Shown here one piece after another: positions 37,811 through 50,100 of a stretch of DNA of 64,000 bases (positions are counted from its first letter, which is position 1; each line of letters opens with the position of its first letter). The position numbers were made by a program, and so were the translations under genes. Source of the DNA: Macrostomum lignano (lineage: Eukaryota); NCBI GenBank assembly GCA_002269645.1, contig NIVC01001966.1, positions 1 to 64,000 on the forward strand, given 5' to 3'. The notes below the pieces were generated by a model that made no database searches, was not told where the DNA came from, and worked only from the letters and a program-made list of their open reading frames with translations.

Positions 37811-40134
37811 CAGGAGATGGAATGAGAAACTTACATCCATGCTGATATAAGTGATGATCAGGAGATGGAATGAGAAACTTACATCCATGCTGATATAAGT
37901 GATGATCAGGAGATGGAATGAGAAACTTACATCCATGCTGATATAAGTGATGAACAGGAGATGGAATGAGAAACTTACATCCATGCTGATATAAGTGATG
38001 AACAGGAGATGGAATGAGAAACTTACATCCATGCTGATATAAGTGATGAACAGGAGATGGAATGAGAAACTTACATCCATGCTGATATAAGTGATGAACA
38101 GGAGATGGAATGAGAAACTTACATCCATGCTGATATAAGTGATGAACAGGAGATGGAATGAGAAACTTACATCCATGCTGATATAAGTGATGATCAGGAT
38201 GGAATGAGAAACTTACATCCATGCTGATATAAGTGATGATCAGGAGATGGAATGAGAAACTTACATCCATGCTGATATAAGTGATGAACAGGAGATGGAA
38301 TGAGAAACTTACATCCATGCTGATATAAGTGATGAACAGGAGATGGAATGAGAAACTTACATCCATGCTGATATAAGTGATGAACAGGAGATGGAATGAG
38401 AAACTTACATCCATGCTGATATAAGTGATGAACAGGAGATGGAATGAGAAACTTACATCCATGCTGATATAAGTGATGAACAGGAGATGGAATGAGAAAC
38501 TTACATCCATGCTGATATAAGTGATGATCAGGATGGAATGAGAAACTTACATCCATGCTGATATAAGTGATGATCAGGAGATGGAATGAGAAACTTACAT
38601 CCATGCTGATATAAGTGATGAACAGGAGATGGAATGAGAAACTTACATCCATGCTGATATAAGTGATGAACAGGAGATGGAATGAGAAACTTACATCCAT
38701 GCTGATATAAGTGATGATCAGGAGATGGAATGAGAAACTTACATCCATGCTGATATAAGTGATGAACAGGAGATGGAATGAGAAACTTACATCCATGCTG
38801 ATATAAGTGATGATCAGGAGATGGAATGAGAAACTTACATTCATGCTGATATGTGATGATTAGGAGATGGAATGAGAAACTTACATCCATGCTGATGTGA
38901 TGATTAGAGATGGAATGAGAAACTTACATCATGCTGATATAAGTGATGATCAGGAGATGGAATGAGAAACTTACATCCATGCTGATATGTGATGATTAGG
39001 AGATGGAATGAGAAACTTACATCCATGCTGATATGTGATGATCAGGAGATGGAATGAGAAACTTACATCCATGCTGATATAAGTGATGATCAGGATGGAA
39101 TGAGAAACTTACATCCATGCTGATATAAGTGATGATCAGGATGGAATGAGAAACTTACATCCATGCTGATGAAAGTGATGATCAGGAGATGGGATGAGAA
39201 ACTTACATCCATGCTGATATAAGTGATGATCAGGAGATGGATGAGAAACTTACATCCATGCTGATATAAGTGATGATCAGGAGATGGAATGAGAAACTTA
39301 CATCCATGCTGATATAAGTGATGATCAGGAGATGGAATGAGAAACTTACATCCATGCTGATATAAGTGATGATCAGGATGGAATGAGAAACTTACATTCA
39401 TGCTGATATAAGTGATGATCAGGAGATGGAATGAGAAACTTACATCCATGCTGATATAAGTGATGATCAGGATGGAATGAGAAACTTACATCCATGCTGA
39501 TATAAGTGATGATCAGGATGGAATGAGAAACTTACATCCATGCTGATGAAAGTGATGATCAGGAGATGGGATGAGAAACTTACATCCATGCTGATATAAG
39601 TGATGATCAGGATGGAATGAGAAACTTACATCCATGCTGATATAAGTGATGATCAGGATGGAATGAGAAACTTACATCCATGCTGATGAAAGTGATGATC
39701 AGGAGATGGGATGAGAAACTTACATCCATGCTGATATAAGTGATGATCAGGAGATGGGATGAGAAACTTACATCCATGCTGATATAAGTGATGATCAGGA
39801 GATGGAATGAGAAACTTACATCCATGCTGATATAAGTGATGATCAGGAGATGGAATGAGAAACTTACATCCATGCTGATATAAGTGATGATCAGGATGGA
39901 ATGAGAAACTTACATTCATGCTGATATAAGTGATGATCAGGAGATGGAATGAGAAACTTACATCCATGCTGATATAAGTGATGAACAGGAGATGGAATGA
40001 GAAACTTACATCCATGCTGATATAAGTGATGATCAGGAGATGGAATGAGAAACTTACATTCATGCTGATATAAGTGATGATCAGGAGATGGAATGAGAAA
40101 CTTACATCCATGCTGATATGTGATGAACAGGAGA
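37811..40134. repeat. 48-bp satellite (GGAGATGGAATGAGAAACTTACATCCATGCTGATATAAGTGATGATCA)n, ~48 copies, between RPL41 and UFL1
   Basis: Directly visible; some units carry 2-4-nt deletions. Confidence 0.97.
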
Positions 40135-40639
40135 AAGTTTCGTGCACATCCCCGATCCCACAATATGGCCGGAGTACATAAGGCTTAATTTACAACAAAA
40201 AATACTACGCTCGTAAAAAAACCTGTCCCGGTGCGTGACAAAACTAGAGAGGAAGATTGAGACAAACCCCAATCAAACAAAAGCTCTAACTGCCAACAAA
40301 CCTGTGCTAATCATCTACCGAGTTCCTGCTGAATTACTTTCTCAAAAAAATGAAACGAACAGAATCGATAAAGAATTCCAAAGACAAAAAATCAACAGCG
40401 ACACTAGGAAGGGCCGGGTTATACCAGTGCGCTATTCCGACATTATCGGCGCTCTCAGATATATTTGCTTAGAAATTCTCTAAACAGCATATAAAATGTA
40501 ACGAAGCGCGTCATTGCGCTCAAGCATTGGCGTCGAAAATAGCGATACCTGGCAGTAAAGAGTGCCTGGTTGGCTTATCTAGACCATGAACTCGTGCAGA
40601 ACGCAGTGTCCATCAGCGTCTGGTGCCAGAGTGTTCTCT

Positions 40640-40717
40640 TTACTTGCTTCTTTCCCTCATCTTCCTGCGCTTGCGTTTTAGCCGCCTCATACGCTTTTTG
40701 CGCCACTTGGCTCGCAT
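40640..40717 (-). CDS. RPL41: Ribosomal protein eS32/eL41 (RPL41), copy a
   Basis: Translated by eye: MRAKWRKKRMRRLKRKRRKMRERSK*, preceded by acceptor tttttgcAG; too short for the ORF track. Confidence 0.95.
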   Translation of the reverse strand: MRAKWRKKRMRRLKRKRRKMRERSK

Positions 40718-40905
40718 TTAGAACTGCAAAAAAGACAGACAATGGGTGACGCAAATTGAAAAGGAATAGTTTTGACTGCTATCTATGAAACTAACGGATT
40801 AGCTAGAAAAACCTTCGTGCACACGTGTTAGGACGAACAAAAGGGGACGAAATTAAAAGAGGGACATTTAGCTGCTTCAAATTGCTTACTAATTTGACTT
40901 TAGGG

Positions 40906-41240
40906 CAGGGGTCGGTAAACTTTTTTTTAACTCAAGGGCCAGATAGAGAACCTAGCGCAAGACTGCGGGCCAGAGGAGGGAAGAGAGGAGAGGCAACACA
41001 GAAGAGCGATAGAAGGAGACGCAATGGAATAAAGGAAAAGAGAGGAGAGACGAAATAGGAGACGAAAGAAGAGAGGAGAGGGGAGCGGAGAGGAGAGAAG
41101 AGGAGAGAAGAGAAGAGGAGAGAATAGAGGAAAAGAGAAGAGAGCTGAGAAGAGACAAACCTTGAGCGGTCCAGATTACTAATAGTGAATTTTCAAAGGA
41201 CCCGAGGGTCTGATAGAGGCTACGCGGGCCGCAATGTGGG
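40906..41240. mobile_element. hAT-like MITE with GA-rich interior
   Basis: Starts CAGGGGTCGGTAAACTTTTTTTAACTCAAGGGCCAGAT like the 9346 and 60110 copies; right end degenerate. Confidence 0.65.
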
Positions 41241-42088
41241 GATCAGCAAGAAGCCGAATACCTGTGCAAACTTAGTTAAGCTGCTGAATATTGGAGAAAG
41301 GCGATATCTTTAGCTAGTATAAACCGGTGATTAGTGTTTTGGGGATTTGGTTAGTCAAGGAAGTCAAGTCAAGGAAGCAGTTAAAACCTCCCATAAATGC
41401 CTAATAATAGCGCAAAGATTTTCGCAGGTTAAATACAATCGTGAGCAGCTTACTTGCATAATTAGATGGAAATATATAGACTATTTTGTAAACTAAAACA
41501 GTGCATTAATTTTAAAGCTGAATGCTCAACTTAGAAAATTCTACACTACGTTCGACAGTTAAAATAATAGCATGTGCAAGTTGGGGCAAATCGGGTAGAT
41601 TAGATCATTTTAAGTGGCTTCAGACTGTCTGGTTTGAAAACTAACGACGCAATTAAGGTTAAAAAGCTTTTTATTTTTTAGCTTCAGAAAATAGGGTGCA
41701 GACGTGCAGTATAAGACTGTCCACGTCGTTTTTGGCGATATAATTTATAGATACATATTAGCTGTCTTGGTGAACGCAAAGCGCATGCGCCTTTTCAAAT
41801 CCATTCCTTAGAACGCAGATTGCTCTTGACCTGCTTAGCCATGTTTGGGCAGAAAAATCAAGAATCCCTGAACCAACGAGCGCATGCAAGCAGTGAGCAG
41901 TGAGCACACCCTAAGAAACCGAGTGTACAATACTGCCAAATGACTAAGTGACGAATAGAGATAACGAATTAGGCTCGAGAACAATTTCTTAAGCCTAGAT
42001 AAAAGCAGGTGCCACATGCACGAGATTGCTACGACTGCTTACACGCGCCGTTGAGCATTTCAGCTGCAGGTTACATATTAGCGAAGCA

Positions 42089-43183
42089 ATGTGGCTTCGA
42101 CTCGCTGTATTATTGCTATGCATGAAAGCTGCTCTGTCGACAGCAAACGAGCACGGCCTGCGACCTCTAGACAATGCTAGATGCTGGTGCGACTTTGAAA
42201 GTATGGCGACAGAATTGCAAGATCTTAATAAGCCAGATAGCAACCATGCGGAACAAGTCTTCAGCTTTGTAAACACGCTAATCTCGCTCAACTTTAAACT
42301 GACGAATTACTTCACGGACTTCCGTCAGTGCGTCAGACACTGGTTAGACAGCATTGGCCAGTGTCAGGCTAAGTGCTCGTGCCGAAAGGATACGGTCTGT
42401 TGCCGGGACAATGTCTTTGGTACTCTAGACAAAGGCATATTAACACTAAAGAAACAGGTAAAGCAGTCATTTACAGCTTATTCGCACATACCATTTTTAA
42501 ATGACTATCACGGCGCAACATTCGACATCGTAAATGTATACTCTGGCGCTTTCTTCGAATTCCTGACGGCACTGAAGACGGAAAGGACTAAAGCGGAGAA
42601 TGAAATTGCGCATTTTTCTGCCTTCTACAGGCGCATGGAAAAGGGAAAACCCTTGGATTCGATTTTTGCGATAACAATGCAGGGCAAAAATGGATCGAAA
42701 TCAATAGTAACACGATTGGCTGATTTCTATGAATGCGATACAACTCAAGTGTTGCCATTCTACCGGAATGTTTACGGAGTAGTGCTCCAATTTCTAATGA
42801 TGCGCGAGCTACACTCAGAGCTACACGCACCGCAAGGCAGCAGTCCAATTAGCCAGTTCAGCAGCGAGCCGGAATGGAAACACTATCTCAGACTGTCGGA
42901 CAGCATGACAAAGCAGATAATCTATTGCAGCAGTAAAGAAATTTATCAGATCAGATCTCAAGAAATAAAAGACAAAGACATGGCGATGCGAAACGCAGCA
43001 ATCGTGTTTAGCTGCTTCATACTGGCGCTAGTTATAATCATTGCTTTAATAGTATTCTTCGCGTGCAGGTCCAAGGCGGAAACTACGGTGACTATGCGCG
43101 AAGAACCTATCGGAAGATCCTACGAGGGTCAGGGTTACGGACATGACGCCCTAATGAAGCGCTACTACGAAACAGACGCGTAA
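42089..43183 (+). CDS. Orphan type-I membrane protein A (364 aa; signal peptide, Cys-containing ectodomain, one TM, Tyr-rich tail)
   Basis: Intronless ORF; MWLRLAVLLLCMKAALS signal; TM AAIVFSCFILALVIIIALIVFFAC; AATAAA at ~43218; motif similarity to 44414-45685. Confidence 0.8.
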   Translation: MWLRLAVLLLCMKAALSTANEHGLRPLDNARCWCDFESMATELQDLNKPDSNHAEQVFSFVNTLISLNFKLTNYFTDFRQCVRHWLDSIGQCQAKCSCRKDTVCCRDNVFGTLDKGILTLKKQVKQSFTAYSHIPFLNDYHGATFDIVNVYSGAFFEFLTALKTERTKAENEIAHFSAFYRRMEKGKPLDSIFAITMQGKNGSKSIVTRLADFYECDTTQVLPFYRNVYGVVLQFLMMRELHSELHAPQGSSPISQFSSEPEWKHYLRLSDSMTKQIIYCSSKEIYQIRSQEIKDKDMAMRNAAIVFSCFILALVIIIALIVFFACRSKAETTVTMREEPIGRSYEGQGYGHDALMKRYYETDA

Positions 43184-44413
43184 CTGCTAACACGTATGAG
43201 CTAATGTCTTGTTTGCAATAAAATGTTCCTAAGCTTCTGAACTAATGACTGTCGTGTAATAACATTAAATATTTCCAGACTCGACTAGTAAACCTATGAT
43301 CGCCATCTGAAGTAATCGTTTAATTTGTAAAACTGCAGCATAATCTTACCGGCATTCTTAGCATTCCTGAATGTAAATAGACGCTAAAAGAAACGCTATT
43401 TAAACTGGCAAGATCATTTTAATTCACACTATTCTGCAAGAAACTCGTGAGGTCCCTCTTTAGCATTGTAACCCTCAAACGTAATTTGCCATAGTTTTAT
43501 GAATGAATAGAGCAACTATGCATGTAAAGTATGCAGAACTTTAAGAGCTTTAGTTTACCATATTTTCTGTCAAGAGCTTTTTTTAATTAATCAACCGTAA
43601 GTGTAACTAAATTTAATTTACTTCTTTTTGAAAGAAAACACTTTTGAGCCAGGAAAATTTAGTTTATTCACTAATGTTTGTGCACAGAAACATTTTTTTC
43701 TAAAATATACACTGTTACTGCTTATTTCTATTTTGAAATGCCAGATTACTTTGGCAACAAACTGGGGCAGAAGCTTGCGCTTTAAATACTTATTTTGTGT
43801 CAATCTTAGTCTAATCCCTTATGAAAGTAATTAAGCCACCGTATTCTAATTGCAGTAAGGAATAAGAATAAATACAATATGTGCAATGTGCATCATACTT
43901 ACTAGACATCATACGAACTAGATTAGAAGTTCTTAACAGTGGCATCCTAACAATCATTGAAATGACCCCCCGCGCTAGGCTAGTGGCACCATATATTGCT
44001 TATAGAACTGCTTAAACTTAAACGACTCGTAACTTGTTATTGTCCTCATCCTTATCAACATTCACAAAACTGCAGGTACTTTAACACTTGGAGTTAACAT
44101 AAAGCTCATAGTTAGGGACTGAAGCACTGTGAAGGCACTAAAAACCAGCAAAGCACACAAGTTTAGAGCTATTTGGCTAGCACAAACGTGTTACAGAACT
44201 TCCTGCCAAAAGGCTGAAGGTAAGGTGTGGGTGTCTTAACTACTAAGCCTAGCGACGGAGTGGGCTCTTACCAATAAACAAACAGTCGATGTGGTAAGAG
44301 AAGTGACAGACTATACCTATAAAATTAAGCTGGTTAAGTATCAAAGCATGGCTAATTCCTAGACAGAGGCAAAAGCCGCCGCATGGGCCAGAAAGAAAAT
44401 TAGCGCCTAGCAA

Positions 44414-45685
44414 ATGCTTTCTACAGCAAACATGAGACCCGAAGTGGTCCTTTGCGCTGCACTGCTGCTAACAGCATGCACTGGTTTAGAAGCCGAGTGC
44501 AGGTGTAAATTTGCGCAACTCAAGCTCCAATTGAAGACGATGCACGCTACAGAGTCATCGGACTTCGAAAAGATCAGCAGCTTCATGGAAGGCCTGACAA
44601 TACTCGACGATGTTCTGTTCACCAACGGAGGAAGTTTTGTCGGGTATTGTGACCGAATTAGCAGTTGCAATGCATCGATACTGCATGACCTGCTTGATGT
44701 AAATCTGCAACTGCTGACATCGGCTGGAAGATCGGCACTAGCGCACCTGCCGCAACTCAGCGTAGCTGTCAAAATAATCGAGTCGAATTTTTATTACTTT
44801 GACAACTATATCAAAGAACTGGCCAGGCTTAGGCTTGGACATACTGAGTTTCAGTTCGAATTTAAGCAAGAACAAAACAGGCTACATAACGCAATGAAAT
44901 CGGTGTGCTTTGTGAGCAATCGGACAAGCGAAAATGCTAATCAGTAAGAAGCCAGTTACAATCTGCATTTTAAAAATTTGTGAACCAACAAAGCAAACAG
45001 AAACGGGATGAAGGGGGAGGTGAAAGACAATATAGAATGTATGTAAAATTCAGGTTCTCTAGAGTTCCTATCTTTGTAAGCCTTATATATGGTAAAGTCT
45101 TATCTCTTAGCTTTTAAAAGCCCAAGTCTAAAAAAACAAATATAGAAATTTAAACCAAACTTTACTACTGGTAGTAAGTAGTCAATTATTAAGCACATTA
45201 TTAAGTCTGTTAAAACCTCACATAACTAAACTATTTACAGACCAACTCCGGAACTAAGTGAGATCGTGCGACAGACCCGATGCGAGCCGCAAGATTATCT
45301 ACCCATATGCTTCAAGCTGCACAGTGCAGCTCTACAATACCTACTGATGCTACAATCGTACTCTGATCTATCAAGTATTAACCCTAAACACTGGAGCAAC
45401 GTACAAGAGTTTGCCTACTACAACAATTTCAGACATAAATTAATTGGCTCGATCGACTACTGCCGAACAAAGCGGGTGAAAACGGTGGTGAAAAGTGAAA
45501 GTCAATCTAAATTAGAGTTCCAACTAACCGGTATAGTCAGCTTCTCAATTGTGCTGCTAATCATAATTCTAGCTGTCGCTCTGGCGATTTGGATGGCAAC
45601 AAACAGACAACGGACTAATCGAGCAGGCTTTGATCGTGTGGTTACCAACTCCGAAGGCTACCACTATGAAACTGGTTTCGTATGA
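44414..45685 (+). CDS. Orphan type-I membrane protein B (~324 aa, 2 exons), paralog of A
   Basis: Exons 44414-44943 and 45241-45685 (GTAAGA...TTTACAG, phase 2, total 975 nt); signal VVLCAALLLTACTGLEA; TM GIVSFSIVLLIIILAVALAIWMAT. Start could be the ATG at 44432. Confidence 0.78.
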
Positions 45686-46215
45686 CGATAGCAATTAAAC
45701 CTTCCCCCACCTGCGGAATTGTTTCATAACCTCGATATTTTTGTATATTTTTGCAAGCAAAAATATTTAAAGAATCTCGAAAATTTTCCTAAACAAATGT
45801 ACCACTATGTATGTACAGCATAATAGTCTCGTTGTTTTACAAACATAGTGAATAAGATGCGGAACTAAAGGTGGAGGATAAAATGAATGTACTCAAAACG
45901 AATGTACCAGATACTGTTTTCTAACCTCTCACCTACCGTAGAGAGCTACAAAATCTCTATAACAGCTACTTATGCTAATAAAAAGTAATTGGAACACAGA
46001 AGTCTTTTTATCCAAACCACTGCACTAAATATATTTTTATTAATCATTAACATGTACTCACACATACAGATATACAAACTGATGCAGTACAACTAATTAA
46101 CACACTCCAAAAACGAAGGTGGAGGCAATCTTGCAAATGGCATTCAATTCGACGTAGGAGCTGCCCCAGCTGCATTGGCATTAGATTACAGCCTGTAAGA
46201 GCGAGCTCAAACAAT

Positions 46216-46293
46216 CTACTTGCTCCTTTCTCTCATCTTCCTGCGCTTGCGCTTCAGCCTGCGCATCCTCTTCTTACGCCACTTTGCGCGCAT
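46216..46293 (-). CDS. RPL41: Ribosomal protein eS32/eL41 (RPL41), copy b
   Basis: MRAKWRKKRMRRLKRKRRKMRERSK*; acceptor aatttcAG 4 nt upstream, TATAAAA further upstream, AATAAA downstream. Confidence 0.95.
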   Translation of the reverse strand: MRAKWRKKRMRRLKRKRRKMRERSK

Positions 46294-46690
46294 TGCGCTG
46301 AAATTAAAAAAATTCTGGGAGTAAATTATGACATCAAATTATGAATGAAAAGGCTGACTGAGTTACTGTACAAGATGCGAGTCTTTTGAAAAATAAAAGT
46401 TATTTTATATGGGTTGAGTGTGATACTTAAAACAATTGGCGAGATATTCTGACAGGCTTTTGACTGATGCTGGCGCCCTGGACCTAACTGGGGGGTGTGA
46501 CTTTCTGAGGCCTATGGCCCAGAGACGCGCTCTCTGACTTCTCCCCCTCTTTCTGGCCACTGTGTGGCTGGCGGGTGAAGTACTTTGTTGTTGTTGTTGT
46601 TGCTGTTTTAAAACGATTTTGTTTAGTTAAAAGTGACAGTTTAGGGTTGGGTGCTGTGTAAGCTATGGCACAAAATAAGGGTTGAAATGA

Positions 46691-47176
46691 CAGGGATGTA
46701 GCCAGGGAAAGAGGGACAACAGCCCATCCCCAAATGGCTGCTAAAAACAATGCATTCATGCCAATCCTAATAAAAATCCTGCATTTAAGTTGATAATGAA
46801 TATAAATAATCACACTATAAAGTTATCCACTTGCAGTTTCTTGTACATTAAATTATATATTTAATTTAAAACAGGTTAGTTCTATATCAGCCTTTGACTA
46901 ATTTAAAGTTTTTAAAAACAAATCTTTATATTTGTTTCATAACCTTTTTTGATTGATCAATTCAATTTAAATTGGATAAATTAAAATAATTTCTCTAAAA
47001 ACTGACTTACACTTGTAAAATAGAGATGTAATAAAAACATATATATATATATATATATTGTTGCTAAATGCTACCACCTGACTCTGTCATAGCACTTTTA
47101 CCTTGGTGCATCCCACCCCCTATAGAAAATTCACCTTGGTATACCCCCCATAGGAAATTCCTAGCTACACCCCTGA
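46691..47176. mobile_element. MITE-like element with TIRs CAGGG(A/G)TGTAGC(C/T)AGG
   Basis: cagggatgtagccagg at ~46691 and cctagctacacccctg ending at ~47176; TSD not clear. Confidence 0.5.
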
Positions 47177-50100
47177 TCAATAGTTATATATAATTACTGA
47201 TATACTATCTTTGTTACAGGCATTTCTTTTTTACAACTATAGAAAAATGAATATTAGTCTTTGTTATAGTAGATAAAGCCTATAAAAATCAAATAAAAAG
47301 TTTTAAAATTGATATAATATATTTATATATTCTCATATTTGCATAAGAAGTTGGGTTGTGCAGCTTGGTTTTAAAACCTTTTAACTTATACTCAAAGGTA
47401 TTTAAATAATCTTATCTCAAATGTAAAAAGCTATAAATAAGAAAAAATTAAGTATTCATAAAGCCTGTATAATAAATATTACTGGTATTTTTAATAAAAA
47501 TATTATTAACAAAAAGATATTGACAATCAACTTTTTAGCCTTGATAATATTTTATTTGAGCAGTCAGATCTTAAAATCCTATATGAGCCTAGTATCTTAG
47601 CATTCAATACTAATCAAACTTTATTCTATTTAATTTTTGGCTTATTAGCAACTCCCACTTCATCTTTGGGATTTTTAACATTTTTGAAAGCCTTGGAATC
47701 CTAGCAACTCATTAGTGAACAATGGCATCTCAGTAACTTTCCTAGAGTCATGGTTTTTAATAAACCTTTATTGTACAAAATGCTTAATACAACATTCTAT
47801 ATAACTTTTTAATGGTTTGTTCAATGCTTTACAGTTTATACTAAGCTTTGTATAGTCTTCTATCTAATATATTATATAATGCTTTGTGAAATGCTTTATA
47901 ACATTCTTTGCAAAACTCTATAAATTTTTATATAGTATTATATATAGTGCCATATACTTTAAGTATATTGTTTAAAAATGCTTCATTTAATGCTCTATAA
48001 TTTAGTTCTCTAGTATAGTGTTAAAAGATTTTATATACAATATATTATCTATAATAAAAATATTCAAAATCTTGAAGCTATTTATTAATTATTATTAATT
48101 GGCTTGCACTTGTTTAATTATTATTTTGTTGAAAACCTATTGTTGTTCTAGCAATTAAATACTTATATTTACATTACATTGTAGCACTTTGTTTCCCACT
48201 GTCTTTGCGATCAATAAAAGTACTTTAATTTGAATGTCCACAAGCTAGGTTGTCTATGAACCAAACTCCAACTTTCAGTTTCAGCCTCAAACTAATTGTA
48301 CTTTATTTTTTATTAAATAGATATGATCACCCCCTAGCCGAGGTTTAACCTTTTGCTCAACTTAATAAATAATCTTTATCCTTTGGTAGCCAGCACTACA
48401 ACCTATATTACATACCATGCTTAAAATCAAAATCAAAATTATGATATCATTTTGCATTTATCAAAAGTTTAAACTCAAATAAAAAAATTTCTACCTATCT
48501 TTTATACTATTAGGCTTTTTTGACCAATGTTTCTACTAGAATTTTTAGTAAAAAGTAATGCATAAATCTAATAGTACTTACTTTTTGTTCTAGGTATCTA
48601 AGAGCTAATATCTAAAAAGGAAAGATGAAAATAATATTTTATATAAATCTTAAATGTTCTTGATAATAGCAATGGAATATCTTATTTTAGGCTTAAAGTG
48701 TGTTATAACTTGGGTTTTTGAAGGTGGCAACTGAAATCTAGTCATCACCTAAAAGAAATCCAGTTGCCAACTGGCCTTTTGGGCTCAAAATCTAGTTGCC
48801 AATGGCTATTTTTGGTTGCCCATTGGCAACTAGCCAGATTCTCAAGGATGGATATTTCCAAGGCAGCATTTGAAAAGCAGAAATTTCATTTATGAAATCA
48901 TTTTTGAAATTGGCAAATGGCATAGGGAAAATGAAGTTGTCAGATTGGCCTCTTATTAGCAACTAAGATTTTAGTTGCTAATAAGATTTTCAAGGGGCCA
49001 AAAAATTCTTTATGGCCCAAAAAGGTTATAACTCAAACTTTTTTTGCCAAAAGAGCCATGTAAAACATTGAAACTTATATTTAGAACCAATGCTATTATT
49101 ATCATTTAGGAAAACAAATGATAATAATTTTTTAATTTCAGAATTTTTATCTATTGCTTAAATAACATAGATCAATAGATAATAGACCAGCTAAATATTA
49201 TATTTTTTCTAACCTAATAAGTGCCTTCTAGGAGTTAGAGAGGTTTCCTAAGATCAAAGTTACATTAACAAATTAATTATAAATTCATTTTAGGCTACTT
49301 ACAACTTTCTTTCATTTTAAGCAATATACCTAACAACGTATCTTGGTATACAAAATGCATTGCAATATATTCATTTTTTATTTTTTCTTTATTTTACTTG
49401 ATAAATAAGCCATTTTACTAGATTTTTACTCAAGGATAAAAGTGTTAGAATGTTAAAATGTGTTAGAAATAATAGTTAGATAATTGGATTTAGGCTTAAT
49501 TCCTTTAAATCATAATGTAGTAAAGCAAGAACAAAACTACCAACTTATTATCCATGTATATTATAGAATGTAATGATATTTTTTTACTAATAAACATAAA
49601 AACAGAATGCAAAATTTTTAATACAAGATTTTTAATATTAAAGTTTAGATAAAGCTAGTTAAAAAGACCTTTGCTACTTTTTTAATACTATATAACACAA
49701 AATATTAGCCAAAAAATAAGCTAGACCTAGTTTAATTGAATATAAGCACTAATACGACTAATGACAAATGAAAATTTGCTATTGGTTAGAACTTTTTATG
49801 AGGGCTATTTTAAGTCTTTAGTCTAACATATTTTTCAAATAGGTATTATTCTCAAACTTGATTTACATAATATCCAATATGCCATATAACTTATAAAAGC
49901 CAAAATATTAAATTTTCAATATGTATTGACAAATTTTATTGATAAGACATTTCTTATATACCAATCCAAAAAAGCATTAACTAAAAAATTATGAATTAAG
50001 CAATGATGCTTTATGACTTCTATATAGCTTAACAAGGTAACAATGCTATAAGCAGCTTGTAACTACCTTTGGAGGTCAAGCTCTAGTCAAAGAACTGATA

